Positions 14,570 through 22,306 of a stretch of 53,779 nt of DNA are shown in pieces. A program made the position numbers and the translations under genes. The notes under the pieces were generated by a model. The model was given only the letters and a program-made list of their open reading frames with translations, made no database searches and was not told where the DNA came from. Position 1 is the first letter of the stretch, and each line of letters opens with the position of its first letter. Source of the DNA: a virus; IMG/VR virus record IMGVR_UViG_3300012933_000343, positions 1 to 53,779 of that record. One strand, 5' to 3'.

Positions 14570-16895
14570 CACCCCGTCAATTTTTTCTGTCTCGCCGTAC
14601 TCGCGCGCAATTGCACGCGAAATGTACCCGGGACAGCGCGGCCAAAACGACCAACAAGACGCAGCCAGGCACATGCTGGCCGCTGGCACGATGGCGCGCA
14701 AGTACGGCCCAAGAGTTGCCGAGCTGGCGGGCAAGGCGCACGAATACGTCGAGTCGCCACTTAAGGCAATGATGATGATGCTGGGCCGTGGCCAGATGCC
14801 ACCGGACTACGAGCAAGACCTGCACAACAACGCGCTGGGAATCGAGATGGCCAATCGCGCCCAGTCCCAGCGTGATTTGGAGGACTTGGTCCAATCGATG
14901 GCTGAGCGATCGGCAACCTCGCAAACACAGGGTCGCCCCTGGGTGAACAAAGCAAAGGGCGGCGCAGTGACCGCCCCAAGGAGTGCCAATATGGCTGACG
15001 ATTTAAACCGCCCGTTCATCGGCTACCGCTCCGCTGGTCGCCGCCCCGAGTCCCAGCAAGACCGCCGTGCCTCCGCCGACGCTCCGCTGGCTGCGCTGCG
15101 CGGGATGGTGTCCGGTGTGCTTGGCGCTCCCGGCGACATCGAGTCGCTGATCCGCATGCTGCCCGGTCTGTCCGAGCAGACTGTGCTGCCGACCAGCGAG
15201 GATGTGCGCGGCCGTTTGCCTGGACGCTCTCTGGAGTCGACACCGGTGGGCCGAGCCGCAACGGAGCTTGGCACGCTTGGCGGCGGTTTCTACACTGGCC
15301 CAGGCTCCCCATTGCGCGCCGTCGCTGCGCTTCCGTCGGCGGTGTCGCGCGCTGGGCGTGACTTTGCGTTGTCCGCAGGTCAGCCTGCCGTGAACGTGGT
15401 TAAGCCTAATGGTGCGCGATCACTGACCGAGATGTTTTCGAAGTATGCAGCACCAGAATCAACCGGCAAACAGGCCGCACCAGGCTCGCACGCTGGATTA
15501 TTTAACCAATGGTTGACGGAGCAACCAGAGGATGCAATCACCGCAATCAATCGCAACATTTTTTCACGCAAGAGCGGCCCAAAATACGACTACGAGCTTC
15601 GCATGATGCCGATTGAAAAAGCAAAACCCACCCAGGTTGGCGAAAATTACCTTAACGATTCAAGTCGTTACACAGCCAAAGAACTCAAGACAAAAGATAT
15701 CTACAGCATTCATCGTACAAACGATGCGCTGCCAATCATCCTTGACGAGGCTGGCAACATTTCCGACGGTAACCACCGGCACGCGGCAGCCGTCCTTAAT
15801 GGCGAGAATGTCATCCCGGCTTTGGTGCCTGTTGGGGAAGGCAGCGGAAAAGTTATTAACCTACCTTCAAATGTTGATAAGCCCGGATTCTCCCAAGGCG
15901 GCCAGGTTCGCGGCTACGCCGAGGGCGGAATCGTCAGCAGTATTGATCCGCCAGCTCGCGGCTACGACTGGCAAGCAATTGCCGATGCGGCCAAAGTCTC
16001 GGGCTTGCCAATCTCCAGCTTCATGTCAAGAAATTGGGACAAAATAATGGGCGGGATGTACAACTTGGCCCCAGCTCCCGTTGTTCAGGTCCCAACCACA
16101 ACCACGCCAAACAACAGCAATTACAGCGGCGGCAGTGATGGGGATTCAACAGGAAACAATTTTGGTTTGGATGGCATCGGCCTAAATACTGGTGGCCTTA
16201 ACACGAGCGGAATTCAAGGCGTTGTCAGCCAGGCCATGATGGACGCCGCTCAAATCGCAATTGGCCAAGTGGCCAATGCCATAAGCACGCCAAACACCCC
16301 ATCTCAACAAGCGGCGATTAGCGTTTCAGACTTGGGGGTAGCGTTGGATGGGACAACGGGCCCAAGCTCAGCAACGGGCATCGGTGTGGGTAGTACTGCC
16401 GGAATTAACGCCATGGACGCCATGAGCGACGCAGCCTCGGCGGCAGGTAACGGTGGCACCGCCGGTGGTGTTTCCGGTGTTGGTGTTGGCAGCTCGGACG
16501 GCGTAAACGGAATGGATGCATCCAGCGACGCAGCCTCGGCGGCATCAAGCGACGGCGACGCAGCCTCGGCTGACGGCGACGGAGGTTCGAGCTCCGGAAC
16601 TGGCGACGGTGGCGGTTCAAGCGCGGGAGACGGCGGTGGCTCAGGTGATGGCGGAGGTAGTTCGGGAGGGGATGGTGGCGGCGATGGCGGAGGCGGCGAT
16701 GGCGGAGGTTGGGCAAAAGGCGGTCAAATCAAACTGAGAAACTTGGATAAAAAATACGCCAAATCATTAACAAAGCGAAAAACCAAGTTTTTTGCAGGCG
16801 GCCAAGTAAGTGGTGCGAATTTCCCCACATACGACTTCGACCCGGATAGAATCGACGCAATTGTGGGCGAGCTCCACGCAATGAACGCAGGCTGA
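14559..16895 (+). CDS. Large virion-module protein with a central ParB/sulfiredoxin-like domain and a Gly/Asp/Ser-rich C-terminus (778 aa)
   Basis: Track ORF 14484..16895 trimmed to MPPDTPSIF... ParB/Srx pattern IEKAKPTQVG ... PIILDEAGNISDGNHRHAAAVLNGENVIPALV at about 15603-15835. N-terminal D..RH ... HE ... DLHNN..G motif series. GDS low-complexity tail at 16380-16715. Five x-G-G-x-[VI] motifs. Confidence 0.6.
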   Translation: MPPDTPSIFSVSPYSRAIAREMYPGQRGQNDQQDAARHMLAAGTMARKYGPRVAELAGKAHEYVESPLKAMMMMLGRGQMPPDYEQDLHNNALGIEMANRAQSQRDLEDLVQSMAERSATSQTQGRPWVNKAKGGAVTAPRSANMADDLNRPFIGYRSAGRRPESQQDRRASADAPLAALRGMVSGVLGAPGDIESLIRMLPGLSEQTVLPTSEDVRGRLPGRSLESTPVGRAATELGTLGGGFYTGPGSPLRAVAALPSAVSRAGRDFALSAGQPAVNVVKPNGARSLTEMFSKYAAPESTGKQAAPGSHAGLFNQWLTEQPEDAITAINRNIFSRKSGPKYDYELRMMPIEKAKPTQVGENYLNDSSRYTAKELKTKDIYSIHRTNDALPIILDEAGNISDGNHRHAAAVLNGENVIPALVPVGEGSGKVINLPSNVDKPGFSQGGQVRGYAEGGIVSSIDPPARGYDWQAIADAAKVSGLPISSFMSRNWDKIMGGMYNLAPAPVVQVPTTTTPNNSNYSGGSDGDSTGNNFGLDGIGLNTGGLNTSGIQGVVSQAMMDAAQIAIGQVANAISTPNTPSQQAAISVSDLGVALDGTTGPSSATGIGVGSTAGINAMDAMSDAASAAGNGGTAGGVSGVGVGSSDGVNGMDASSDAASAASSDGDAASADGDGGSSSGTGDGGGSSAGDGGGSGDGGGSSGGDGGGDGGGGDGGGWAKGGQIKLRNLDKKYAKSLTKRKTKFFAGGQVSGANFPTYDFDPDRIDAIVGELHAMNAG
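16380..16715 (+). repeat. Coding low-complexity / imperfect tandem repeat (Gly-Asp-Ser-Ala rich)
   Basis: agcgacgcagcctcggcggca occurs at 16425 and 16524 (99-bp offset), a third partial copy at 16557, then (GAT/GAC)GG(C/T)GG(n) runs encoding GDGGGSS...GDGGGDGGGGDGGG. Confidence 0.8.
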
Positions 16896-16900
16896 ACAAT

Positions 16901-19426
16901 ATGGCAGATCAACTCTTGAACGACGGCGAAGACGAGAATCCATCTGACGACGCACAGCGCGGCGAGTCTGTCTCGCTCCCTGGCGACGACGAGATGGACA
17001 TCCACGACACTGATGACGGCGGCGCGATGGTTCGCATCGGCGACGACCGAGATGTGGTGGACAAGAAGGCCCACTTCGCCAACATTGTGGAAGAGGTCGA
17101 CCAAGGCATGCTGGACGACGCCGTGGTGGACTTGATCGACAAGATCGAGCGCGACAAAGACGCTCGCTCCAAGCGCGACAAGCTCTACGAAGAAGGCCTG
17201 CGCCGCACGGGCCTCGGCGACGACGCCCCCGGTGGAGCTCAGTTCTCGGGCGCGAACAAGGTTGTGCACCCCATGCTGGTCGAGGCCTGCGTTGACTTCA
17301 GCGCCCGCTTCATGAAAGAGGTGTTCCCGCCTTCTGGCCCCGTGAAGTCCAAAGTGCTGGGCACCGTGGATAAGGAAAAGCTGGACAGGTCGCGCCGCAA
17401 GACCGATTTCATGAACTGGCAGACCACCGAGCAAATGCCCGAGTTCCGTGGCGAGCTCGAGCAGCTCTCGACGCAGCTGCCCTTGGGTGGCGGCCAGTAC
17501 CTCAAGCTCATGTGGTCGCCCCAGTGGCGTCGCCCCACCTCCGAGTTCATCGCCATCGATGACATGTACCTGCCGTTTGCGGCCACTAACTTTTACTCTG
17601 CCGAGCGCAAAACGCACGTGCAGTACGTGACCAAGGCTGAGTTCAACCGCCGCGCCAAGGCTGGCATGTACATCGACGTGGACCTGGGCTCACCCGATCA
17701 GATCGATTTCAGCCGCGCGACCAAGGCCAACGACAAGATCGAGGGCCGCGAGGACACCAGCTACAACGAGGACGGGTTGCGCACGATCTTTGAGATTTAC
17801 ACGCATCTGGACTTTGGTGACGGCATGGAGCCGTACATCATCAGCATCGACAAGTCCACGCGCCAGGCGCTGAGCTTGTATCGCAACTGGGAGCCAGAGG
17901 ACAATCGCCGCCGCGAGCTGGAGTGGATTGTCGAGTTCCCGTTTGTGCCATGGCGCGGTGCGTACCCGATTGGCTTGACCCACATGATCGGCGGCCTGTC
18001 TGGCGCGGCCACCGGCGCTTTGCGTGCATTGCTGGACTCGGCCCACATCCAAAACATCCCCACGCTCTTGAAACTAAAGGGCGGCCCTGGCGGGCAGACG
18101 ATCAACCTGCAGCCGACCGAGGTGGTCGAGATCGAGGGCGGCGCGCTTGTTGACGACATTCGCAAGCTGGCCATGGCGCTGCCGTTCAACGGCCCGTCCC
18201 CCACGCTGTTCCAGCTGCTCGGCTTCTTGGTCGATGCTGGCAAGGGCGTCGTGCAGACCTCGTTCGAGAAGCTGGCCGATCAAAACGCCAACGCACCTGT
18301 CGGTACCACGCTGGCGCTGATCGAGCAGGGCATGGTGGTTTTCAGCTCCATTCACTCGCGCTTGCACAACTCGATGGAGCGGGTGTTCAAAATCCTGCAC
18401 CGCATCAACAGCGCATACTTGACCGAAGAGGACATCAAAGCGGATGCCGCCGGCCTTGACGTCAAGCCAGAGGACTTCGACGGTCCGATGGACGTGATTC
18501 CGGTCAGCGACCCCGCCATCTTCAGCGAGGCTCAGCGTTTTGCCCAGGTCACGGCCGTGCAGCAACGTTCAGCGATGTTGCCGCAGATGTACGACGCGCG
18601 CAAGGTTGAGGAGATGTTCCTGCGCAACCTGAAGCTCAACCCTGGCGACGTGCTCAACCCACAGCCGGGCGAGGACGATGTTGACCCGGTAAGTGAAAAC
18701 GTGGCCGCATCGCTTGGCCGCCCTGTTTTTGTTCTGCCAAAGCAGGACCACATCGCGCACATCCAAACGCACCTGGCGTTTTTGAAGTCGCCTTTGTTTG
18801 GCTCAAACCCGGCCGTGGTGAAAACCTACCTGTACCCGATGGCTCAGCACCTGCGCGATCACTTGCTGAACTTCTACCTCACGCAAGCTCATGAGGCCGT
18901 TCAGCGTGCCGAGTCCGAGGGTTTGATCACGGACGAGGCCAGCCAGCAGGTGAAGGTGATTGTTCGCGTGCAGCAGGTCATCGAGCAGCAAATGGCGCAG
19001 TTCGCCCAAGAGCTGGCCCAGATCGACCAGGCCGCCCAGCAGTTTGCGCCTCAGCCGCCGCAGATGCCGCAGGACAAGAGCCTGGAAGTTGCCCAGATCA
19101 ACGCTCAGGTGCGTCAGGCCGACAGCCAGCAGCGCGCTCAGTCCGATGCCGCACGCTTGCAAGTCGAACAGGCCAAGCTCTCGCAAAAGCAGCAGGCAGA
19201 CCAGCAAGCCTTGGCCGACAAGCAGCAAGCGCGCATGGAAGAAATGCAGGTCGCTCAGTTGCAAGAGGCCATGGAGAACGAGCGAACAGCCGCCGAGATC
19301 GACGCGCGTTTGCAAATGAACTCGGACGACAACGCCACGGCCATGCGCCTGGCGGCCGCAGAGATTGCCTCCGGCGAAAAGGTCGCCGTGAGCACAGGCA
19401 CGGGCATCAACCCGGGCACACGTTAA
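16901..19426 (+). CDS. Portal protein (841 aa), probable
   Basis: Large ORF downstream of TerL; acidic N-terminus; long Gln-rich coiled-coil C-terminus reminiscent of a P22-type portal barrel. Assigned from position and size, not from a diagnostic motif. Confidence 0.6.
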   Translation: MADQLLNDGEDENPSDDAQRGESVSLPGDDEMDIHDTDDGGAMVRIGDDRDVVDKKAHFANIVEEVDQGMLDDAVVDLIDKIERDKDARSKRDKLYEEGLRRTGLGDDAPGGAQFSGANKVVHPMLVEACVDFSARFMKEVFPPSGPVKSKVLGTVDKEKLDRSRRKTDFMNWQTTEQMPEFRGELEQLSTQLPLGGGQYLKLMWSPQWRRPTSEFIAIDDMYLPFAATNFYSAERKTHVQYVTKAEFNRRAKAGMYIDVDLGSPDQIDFSRATKANDKIEGREDTSYNEDGLRTIFEIYTHLDFGDGMEPYIISIDKSTRQALSLYRNWEPEDNRRRELEWIVEFPFVPWRGAYPIGLTHMIGGLSGAATGALRALLDSAHIQNIPTLLKLKGGPGGQTINLQPTEVVEIEGGALVDDIRKLAMALPFNGPSPTLFQLLGFLVDAGKGVVQTSFEKLADQNANAPVGTTLALIEQGMVVFSSIHSRLHNSMERVFKILHRINSAYLTEEDIKADAAGLDVKPEDFDGPMDVIPVSDPAIFSEAQRFAQVTAVQQRSAMLPQMYDARKVEEMFLRNLKLNPGDVLNPQPGEDDVDPVSENVAASLGRPVFVLPKQDHIAHIQTHLAFLKSPLFGSNPAVVKTYLYPMAQHLRDHLLNFYLTQAHEAVQRAESEGLITDEASQQVKVIVRVQQVIEQQMAQFAQELAQIDQAAQQFAPQPPQMPQDKSLEVAQINAQVRQADSQQRAQSDAARLQVEQAKLSQKQQADQQALADKQQARMEEMQVAQLQEAMENERTAAEIDARLQMNSDDNATAMRLAAAEIASGEKVAVSTGTGINPGTR

Positions 19427-19445
19427 TTTTTACAAGGAGCATCCC

Positions 19446-19583
19446 ATGAGCGACAAACCCACCCAAGGTACCGTGCCAATGAATGGCGCACTGGTCAAGC
19501 AACACCACCGCATGGCTGCCGGTCAGCCCGTGACCGGCCAGACAACGCCGGCCGCCCCATCGATGCCAAAGACCCCTGCCTGA
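19446..19583 (+). CDS. Small hypothetical protein (45 aa, below the track cutoff)
   Basis: Hand translation: MSDKPTQGTVPMNGALVKQHHRMAAGQPVTGQTTPAAPSMPKTPA. aaggag SD 7 nt upstream. The stop overlaps the next ATG (TGATG). Confidence 0.5.
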   Translation: MSDKPTQGTVPMNGALVKQHHRMAAGQPVTGQTTPAAPSMPKTPA

Positions 19584-19780
19584 TGGCCGTCGAGGACCGC
19601 CTGCTCGGAAAGCTCAAAGCTGACCAGCAGGCTTTTGCGTTTGAGGCTCTTAAACGCCCGGTCGAGCGTGACGCTTTCGAGTACGGATACAGAGTGGGCA
19701 TGGTTGCTGGATACGAAGCAGCCATCAAAGCCCTGCTTGATCTTCTGAACGACGAGCGCCACGGCGACCGAGACCTGTGA
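19583..19780 (+). CDS. Hypothetical protein (65 aa)
   Basis: Track ORF; start coupled to the upstream small ORF. Confidence 0.55.
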   Translation: MAVEDRLLGKLKADQQAFAFEALKRPVERDAFEYGYRVGMVAGYEAAIKALLDLLNDERHGDRDL

Positions 19781-19835
19781 TTTGCACGGGTCTGTGAGAT
19801 TTTTTTGATGGCAGCCGTTGTGGCTGCCGAAACAA

Positions 19836-19851
19836 CTGCTGAAAGGAGCAG
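19836..19851 (+). promoter_or_regulatory. SD-containing RNA hairpin (CTGCT-GAAAGG-AGCAG) 3 nt upstream of the ATG at 19855
   Basis: 5-bp stem with the SD AAGGAG spanning loop and 3' arm; one of three sites with the same loop and compensatory stem changes. Confidence 0.5.
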
Positions 19852-19854
19852 AGC

Positions 19855-20250
19855 ATGAGCGAAGCATTGATCGAGGCTTTTCCGGATGCCGACCCAGGCA
19901 TCACCCCATTTGGAAGCCGTGTCTTGGTGCAAATCCGAAGCCCCAAGAGCAAGACCGCCTCTGGCATCATTCTTGACAGCGGCTCCCGCGACACCGAAAA
20001 GTGGAACACGCAAGTGGCCAAGGTGATCAACGTCGGCGCGCTGGCCTTCAAGAACCGAAACACCATGGACTCCTGGCCAGAGGGCAGCTGGTGCAAGCCG
20101 GGCGATTACGTTCGTGTGGCCAAGTACGGCGGCGATCGCTGGGAGGTTCCCATGCCCAACGGCGAGTCCGCCCTTTTCGTGATCTTCAACGATCTGGACA
20201 TCATTGGCCAGGTGACCGGCGACCCGCTGGCCATTCGTGCGTTCATCTGA
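19855..20250 (+). CDS. GroES/Cpn10-like co-chaperonin (131 aa)
   Basis: ITPFGSRVLVQIRSPKSKTASGIILDSG...AKVINVG ... GDYVRVAKYGG ... FVIFNDLDIIGQV aligns by eye with E. coli GroES (IRPLHDRVIVKR.EVETKSAGGIVLTGS ... GDIVIFNDGYG ... ESDILAIV). Confidence 0.7.
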   Translation: MSEALIEAFPDADPGITPFGSRVLVQIRSPKSKTASGIILDSGSRDTEKWNTQVAKVINVGALAFKNRNTMDSWPEGSWCKPGDYVRVAKYGGDRWEVPMPNGESALFVIFNDLDIIGQVTGDPLAIRAFI

Positions 20251-20261
20251 GGAGCGGCACC

Positions 20262-20678
20262 ATGAACCACGAACAGATCGCCCGCGTTTGCCATGAAGTC
20301 AACCGCGCTTATTGCGAAGCCCTGGGCGACATGAGTCAGCCAGCCTGGAAAGATGCACCGCAGTGGCAGCGCGACAGCGCCATGATGGGCGTCAAACTCC
20401 ACAGCGACAACAACGTCGGCCCCGAGGCCAGCCACGAGAGTTGGATGGCGCAGAAGGTTTCCGAGGGTTGGGTGTACGGCCCCACCAAAGACCCCAAGGC
20501 CAAGACGCACCACTGCATCGTGCCATTTGACACGCTGCCCCGCGAGCAGCAAGCCAAGGACTTCATCTTCCGCGCTGTGGTGCACGCTTTGCGTCCAGTG
20601 GCACCTGCTGAAGACGACTTCCCTCTTGGCAAAGCCTGCGACCTCTCCGGCGAAGGCAATTGCGAAGCCTGCCAATAA
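20262..20678 (+). CDS. RyR (ryanodine-receptor repeat) domain protein (138 aa)
   Basis: Track ORF 20001..20678 trimmed to MNHEQIARV... SHESWMAQKVSEGWVYGPTKDPKAKTHHCIVPFDTLPREQQAKD matches the HE.W...GW.YG....K.HP.LVP...L....K..D RyR signature. C-terminal C-x7-C-x2-C. Confidence 0.8.
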   Translation: MNHEQIARVCHEVNRAYCEALGDMSQPAWKDAPQWQRDSAMMGVKLHSDNNVGPEASHESWMAQKVSEGWVYGPTKDPKAKTHHCIVPFDTLPREQQAKDFIFRAVVHALRPVAPAEDDFPLGKACDLSGEGNCEACQ

Positions 20679-20683
20679 CCCCC

Positions 20684-20699
20684 CAGCTGAAAGGAGCTG
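20684..20699 (+). promoter_or_regulatory. SD-containing RNA hairpin (CAGCT-GAAAGG-AGCTG) 3 nt upstream of the ATG at 20703
   Basis: Same architecture as 19836..19851, with covarying outer stem pairs. Confidence 0.5.
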
Positions 20700-20702
20700 A
20701 AA

Positions 20703-21677
20703 ATGCCAATTCTGAAAGAAGACGACGAGCGTCCCGACAATGAGGAAATTGTCATCGTTGAGGACAAGCCCCGTGCCGAAGATCAAGACGACGACCGGCG
20801 CTTAAGCGAGAACGAAGACGACGACGCCCCGGGCGACAGCAACGATCCCGAGCGCAAGGCCATCCAAGAGCGACGCCGACTGGAAAAGATCGAGCGCAAG
20901 AAGCGCCGCGACGAGGCCATCAGCCGCGACAAGCTGGAGCTGAGTTTCCTGCGCAAGCGCAACGACGAGCTCGAGCGCCGCATCGGCAGCGTTGAGCAGC
21001 GCACGCACCAAGCCGACCTGTCTCAGTTCGACGCCCAAATCAACGGCGCTCGTCAAGAGGCAGAGATGGCTGAGCGCGTGATTGCTAAGGCCGTGGCGGC
21101 TGGCAACGGTGAGGACGTGACGCAGGCGATGCGGTACCGCGACCAAGCCATGCAAAAGGCGCAACAGTTGGCGTTTGCAAAGCAGCAAGCAGCCCAGCAG
21201 CGCCAGACAAAGCCAGCGGACGGCATGGACGACATGACCATGCACTACGCCAAGGAGTTCATTCAGGACAACCCTTGGTATGACATGCAGGGCAAGGACG
21301 AGGACAGCGCAATCGTGCTGGCCATCGACGGTGCTTTGATGCGCGAGGGCTTCAAGCCCGACAGCGAAGAGTACTGGGACGAGCTGCGCGACCGCGCCGC
21401 CCGCCGTTTGCCCGAGCGTTTCAAGCAGACCGAGCGTCGCAACGACCACGGCGAAGAGCGCGCAGCCCGCGAAGAGCCGCGCCAGCAACGCCAGACCCGT
21501 GGTGGCCCAACGATCGGCTCTGGTCGTGAGCACGCTCCAACATCGACCCGCACTGAGGTTTATGTGAGCCCCGAGCGAAAGCAGGCATTGATTGATGCTG
21601 GCGTTTGGGACGATCCTGTTTTGCGTCAAAAATACGTGAAACGCTACGCCGAATATGACCGCAATAATCGGGCTTGA
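20703..21677 (+). CDS. Scaffolding protein, probable (324 aa)
   Basis: Highly charged, coiled-coil-prone sequence (acidic N-terminus, RRRLEKIERKKRRDE..., Q/A-rich middle) between portal and capsid genes. Confidence 0.55.
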   Translation: MPILKEDDERPDNEEIVIVEDKPRAEDQDDDRRLSENEDDDAPGDSNDPERKAIQERRRLEKIERKKRRDEAISRDKLELSFLRKRNDELERRIGSVEQRTHQADLSQFDAQINGARQEAEMAERVIAKAVAAGNGEDVTQAMRYRDQAMQKAQQLAFAKQQAAQQRQTKPADGMDDMTMHYAKEFIQDNPWYDMQGKDEDSAIVLAIDGALMREGFKPDSEEYWDELRDRAARRLPERFKQTERRNDHGEERAAREEPRQQRQTRGGPTIGSGREHAPTSTRTEVYVSPERKQALIDAGVWDDPVLRQKYVKRYAEYDRNNRA

Positions 21678-21706
21678 TTGTTTTTTAAAAATCGCAAGCC
21701 TATAAT
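21678..21706 (+). promoter_or_regulatory. Sigma70-like promoter candidate (TTGTTT-N17-TATAAT)
   Basis: A perfect -10 hexamer at 21701-21706 lies in the 58-nt gap before 21736. The -10 is followed by TTCCCC, as at two other late intergenic sites. Confidence 0.4.
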
Positions 21707-21714
21707 TTCCCCAA

Positions 21715-21730
21715 TCGCTGAAAGGAGCGA
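21715..21730 (+). promoter_or_regulatory. SD-containing RNA hairpin (TCGCT-GAAAGG-AGCGA) 5 nt upstream of the ATG at 21736
   Basis: Third copy of the GCTGAAAGGAGC hairpin, with compensatory outer pairs. Confidence 0.5.
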
Positions 21731-21735
21731 GAAAA

Positions 21736-22266
21736 ATGTCCGATGAACGCTTAAAGAAATCTGCTGGTGACAACCGTGAGAGCCGTGCGATGGTAGATCG
21801 CGCCGCAACTGAATCACGTGCCTTGTCCGATGACGAGCGGGTTGAAATGTTCCGACAGCAGTTTCACCAGTCCTCTCTTCCGGACTTGCCGAAACTTGAT
21901 GGCTGGCACACGTGCTGGCTGACCACAACCAACCCAAGAGACTCCATCCACATGAGAATGCGGCTGGGTTATGAGCCACTGAAGCCTGAGGATGTTCCAG
22001 GCTGGGAATATGTCACCCTGAAGACGGGCGACTGGACTGGCTTTATTGGGGTGAACGAGATGCTCGCTTTCAAACTCCCGATCAGCTTGTACGAAAAGTA
22101 CATGCAGGAAGCTCACCACGACGCGCCGATGCGCGAAGAGGAAAAGCTCACCGACACCGCTGATTTCATGGAGCAACAAGCTCGCGCTTCTGGTTCACGC
22201 ATGGATGCGGGTGATGGCATGACGGAAATTGGACAACGCAGGGACGCTCGTTTTGAGCTGACCTGA
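21736..22266 (+). CDS. Head-module hypothetical protein (176 aa)
   Basis: Track ORF with a strong SD; located between scaffold-like and decoration-like genes; no recognisable protease motif. Confidence 0.6.
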   Translation: MSDERLKKSAGDNRESRAMVDRAATESRALSDDERVEMFRQQFHQSSLPDLPKLDGWHTCWLTTTNPRDSIHMRMRLGYEPLKPEDVPGWEYVTLKTGDWTGFIGVNEMLAFKLPISLYEKYMQEAHHDAPMREEEKLTDTADFMEQQARASGSRMDAGDGMTEIGQRRDARFELT

Positions 22267-22306
22267 TTTTCTGGTTCATTCATCAATCCCTCAAGGAGAA
22301 CGCTAA

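Noticed and set aside
12983-14734. Very long antisense ORFs. Examples: 12983..14734 (-) 583 aa, 4067..4849 (-), 7558..8376 (-), 8464..9525 (-), 10687..11721 (-), 16724..17617 (-), 20802..21773 (-), 22887..23897 (-), 26163..27524 (-), 33815..34900 (-), 40334..41176 (-)
   Set aside because: They lie opposite ORFs with clear functional motifs (TerL, helicase, primase, MTase, portal, capsid and others). Their translations are Arg/Ala/Gly/Pro-rich low-complexity strings typical of shadow frames in GC-rich DNA. They lack SDs and do not fit the operon structure.
16380-16715. Repeat array examined as a possible CRISPR or non-coding tandem repeat
   Set aside because: The repeats are imperfect, in frame and inside a long ORF (a Gly/Asp/Ser low-complexity protein tail). 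There is no spacer-repeat periodicity and there are no cas genes. No CRISPR array is present anywhere in the window.
19810-19828. Perfect 7-bp hairpin GGCAGCC-gttgt-GGCTGCC as a terminator upstream of the GroES-like gene
   Set aside because: The T-run precedes rather than follows the stem on the plus strand, and on the minus strand it is followed by A's. It may be an RNA structure, but it does not qualify as an intrinsic terminator in either direction.
21736-22266. The 176-aa head-module ORF as the missing prohead protease
   Set aside because: No Ser/His/Asp (S49/ClpP, HK97-type) or herpesvirus-like protease motif is recognisable by eye. It is left as hypothetical. A profile search is needed before making any such call.
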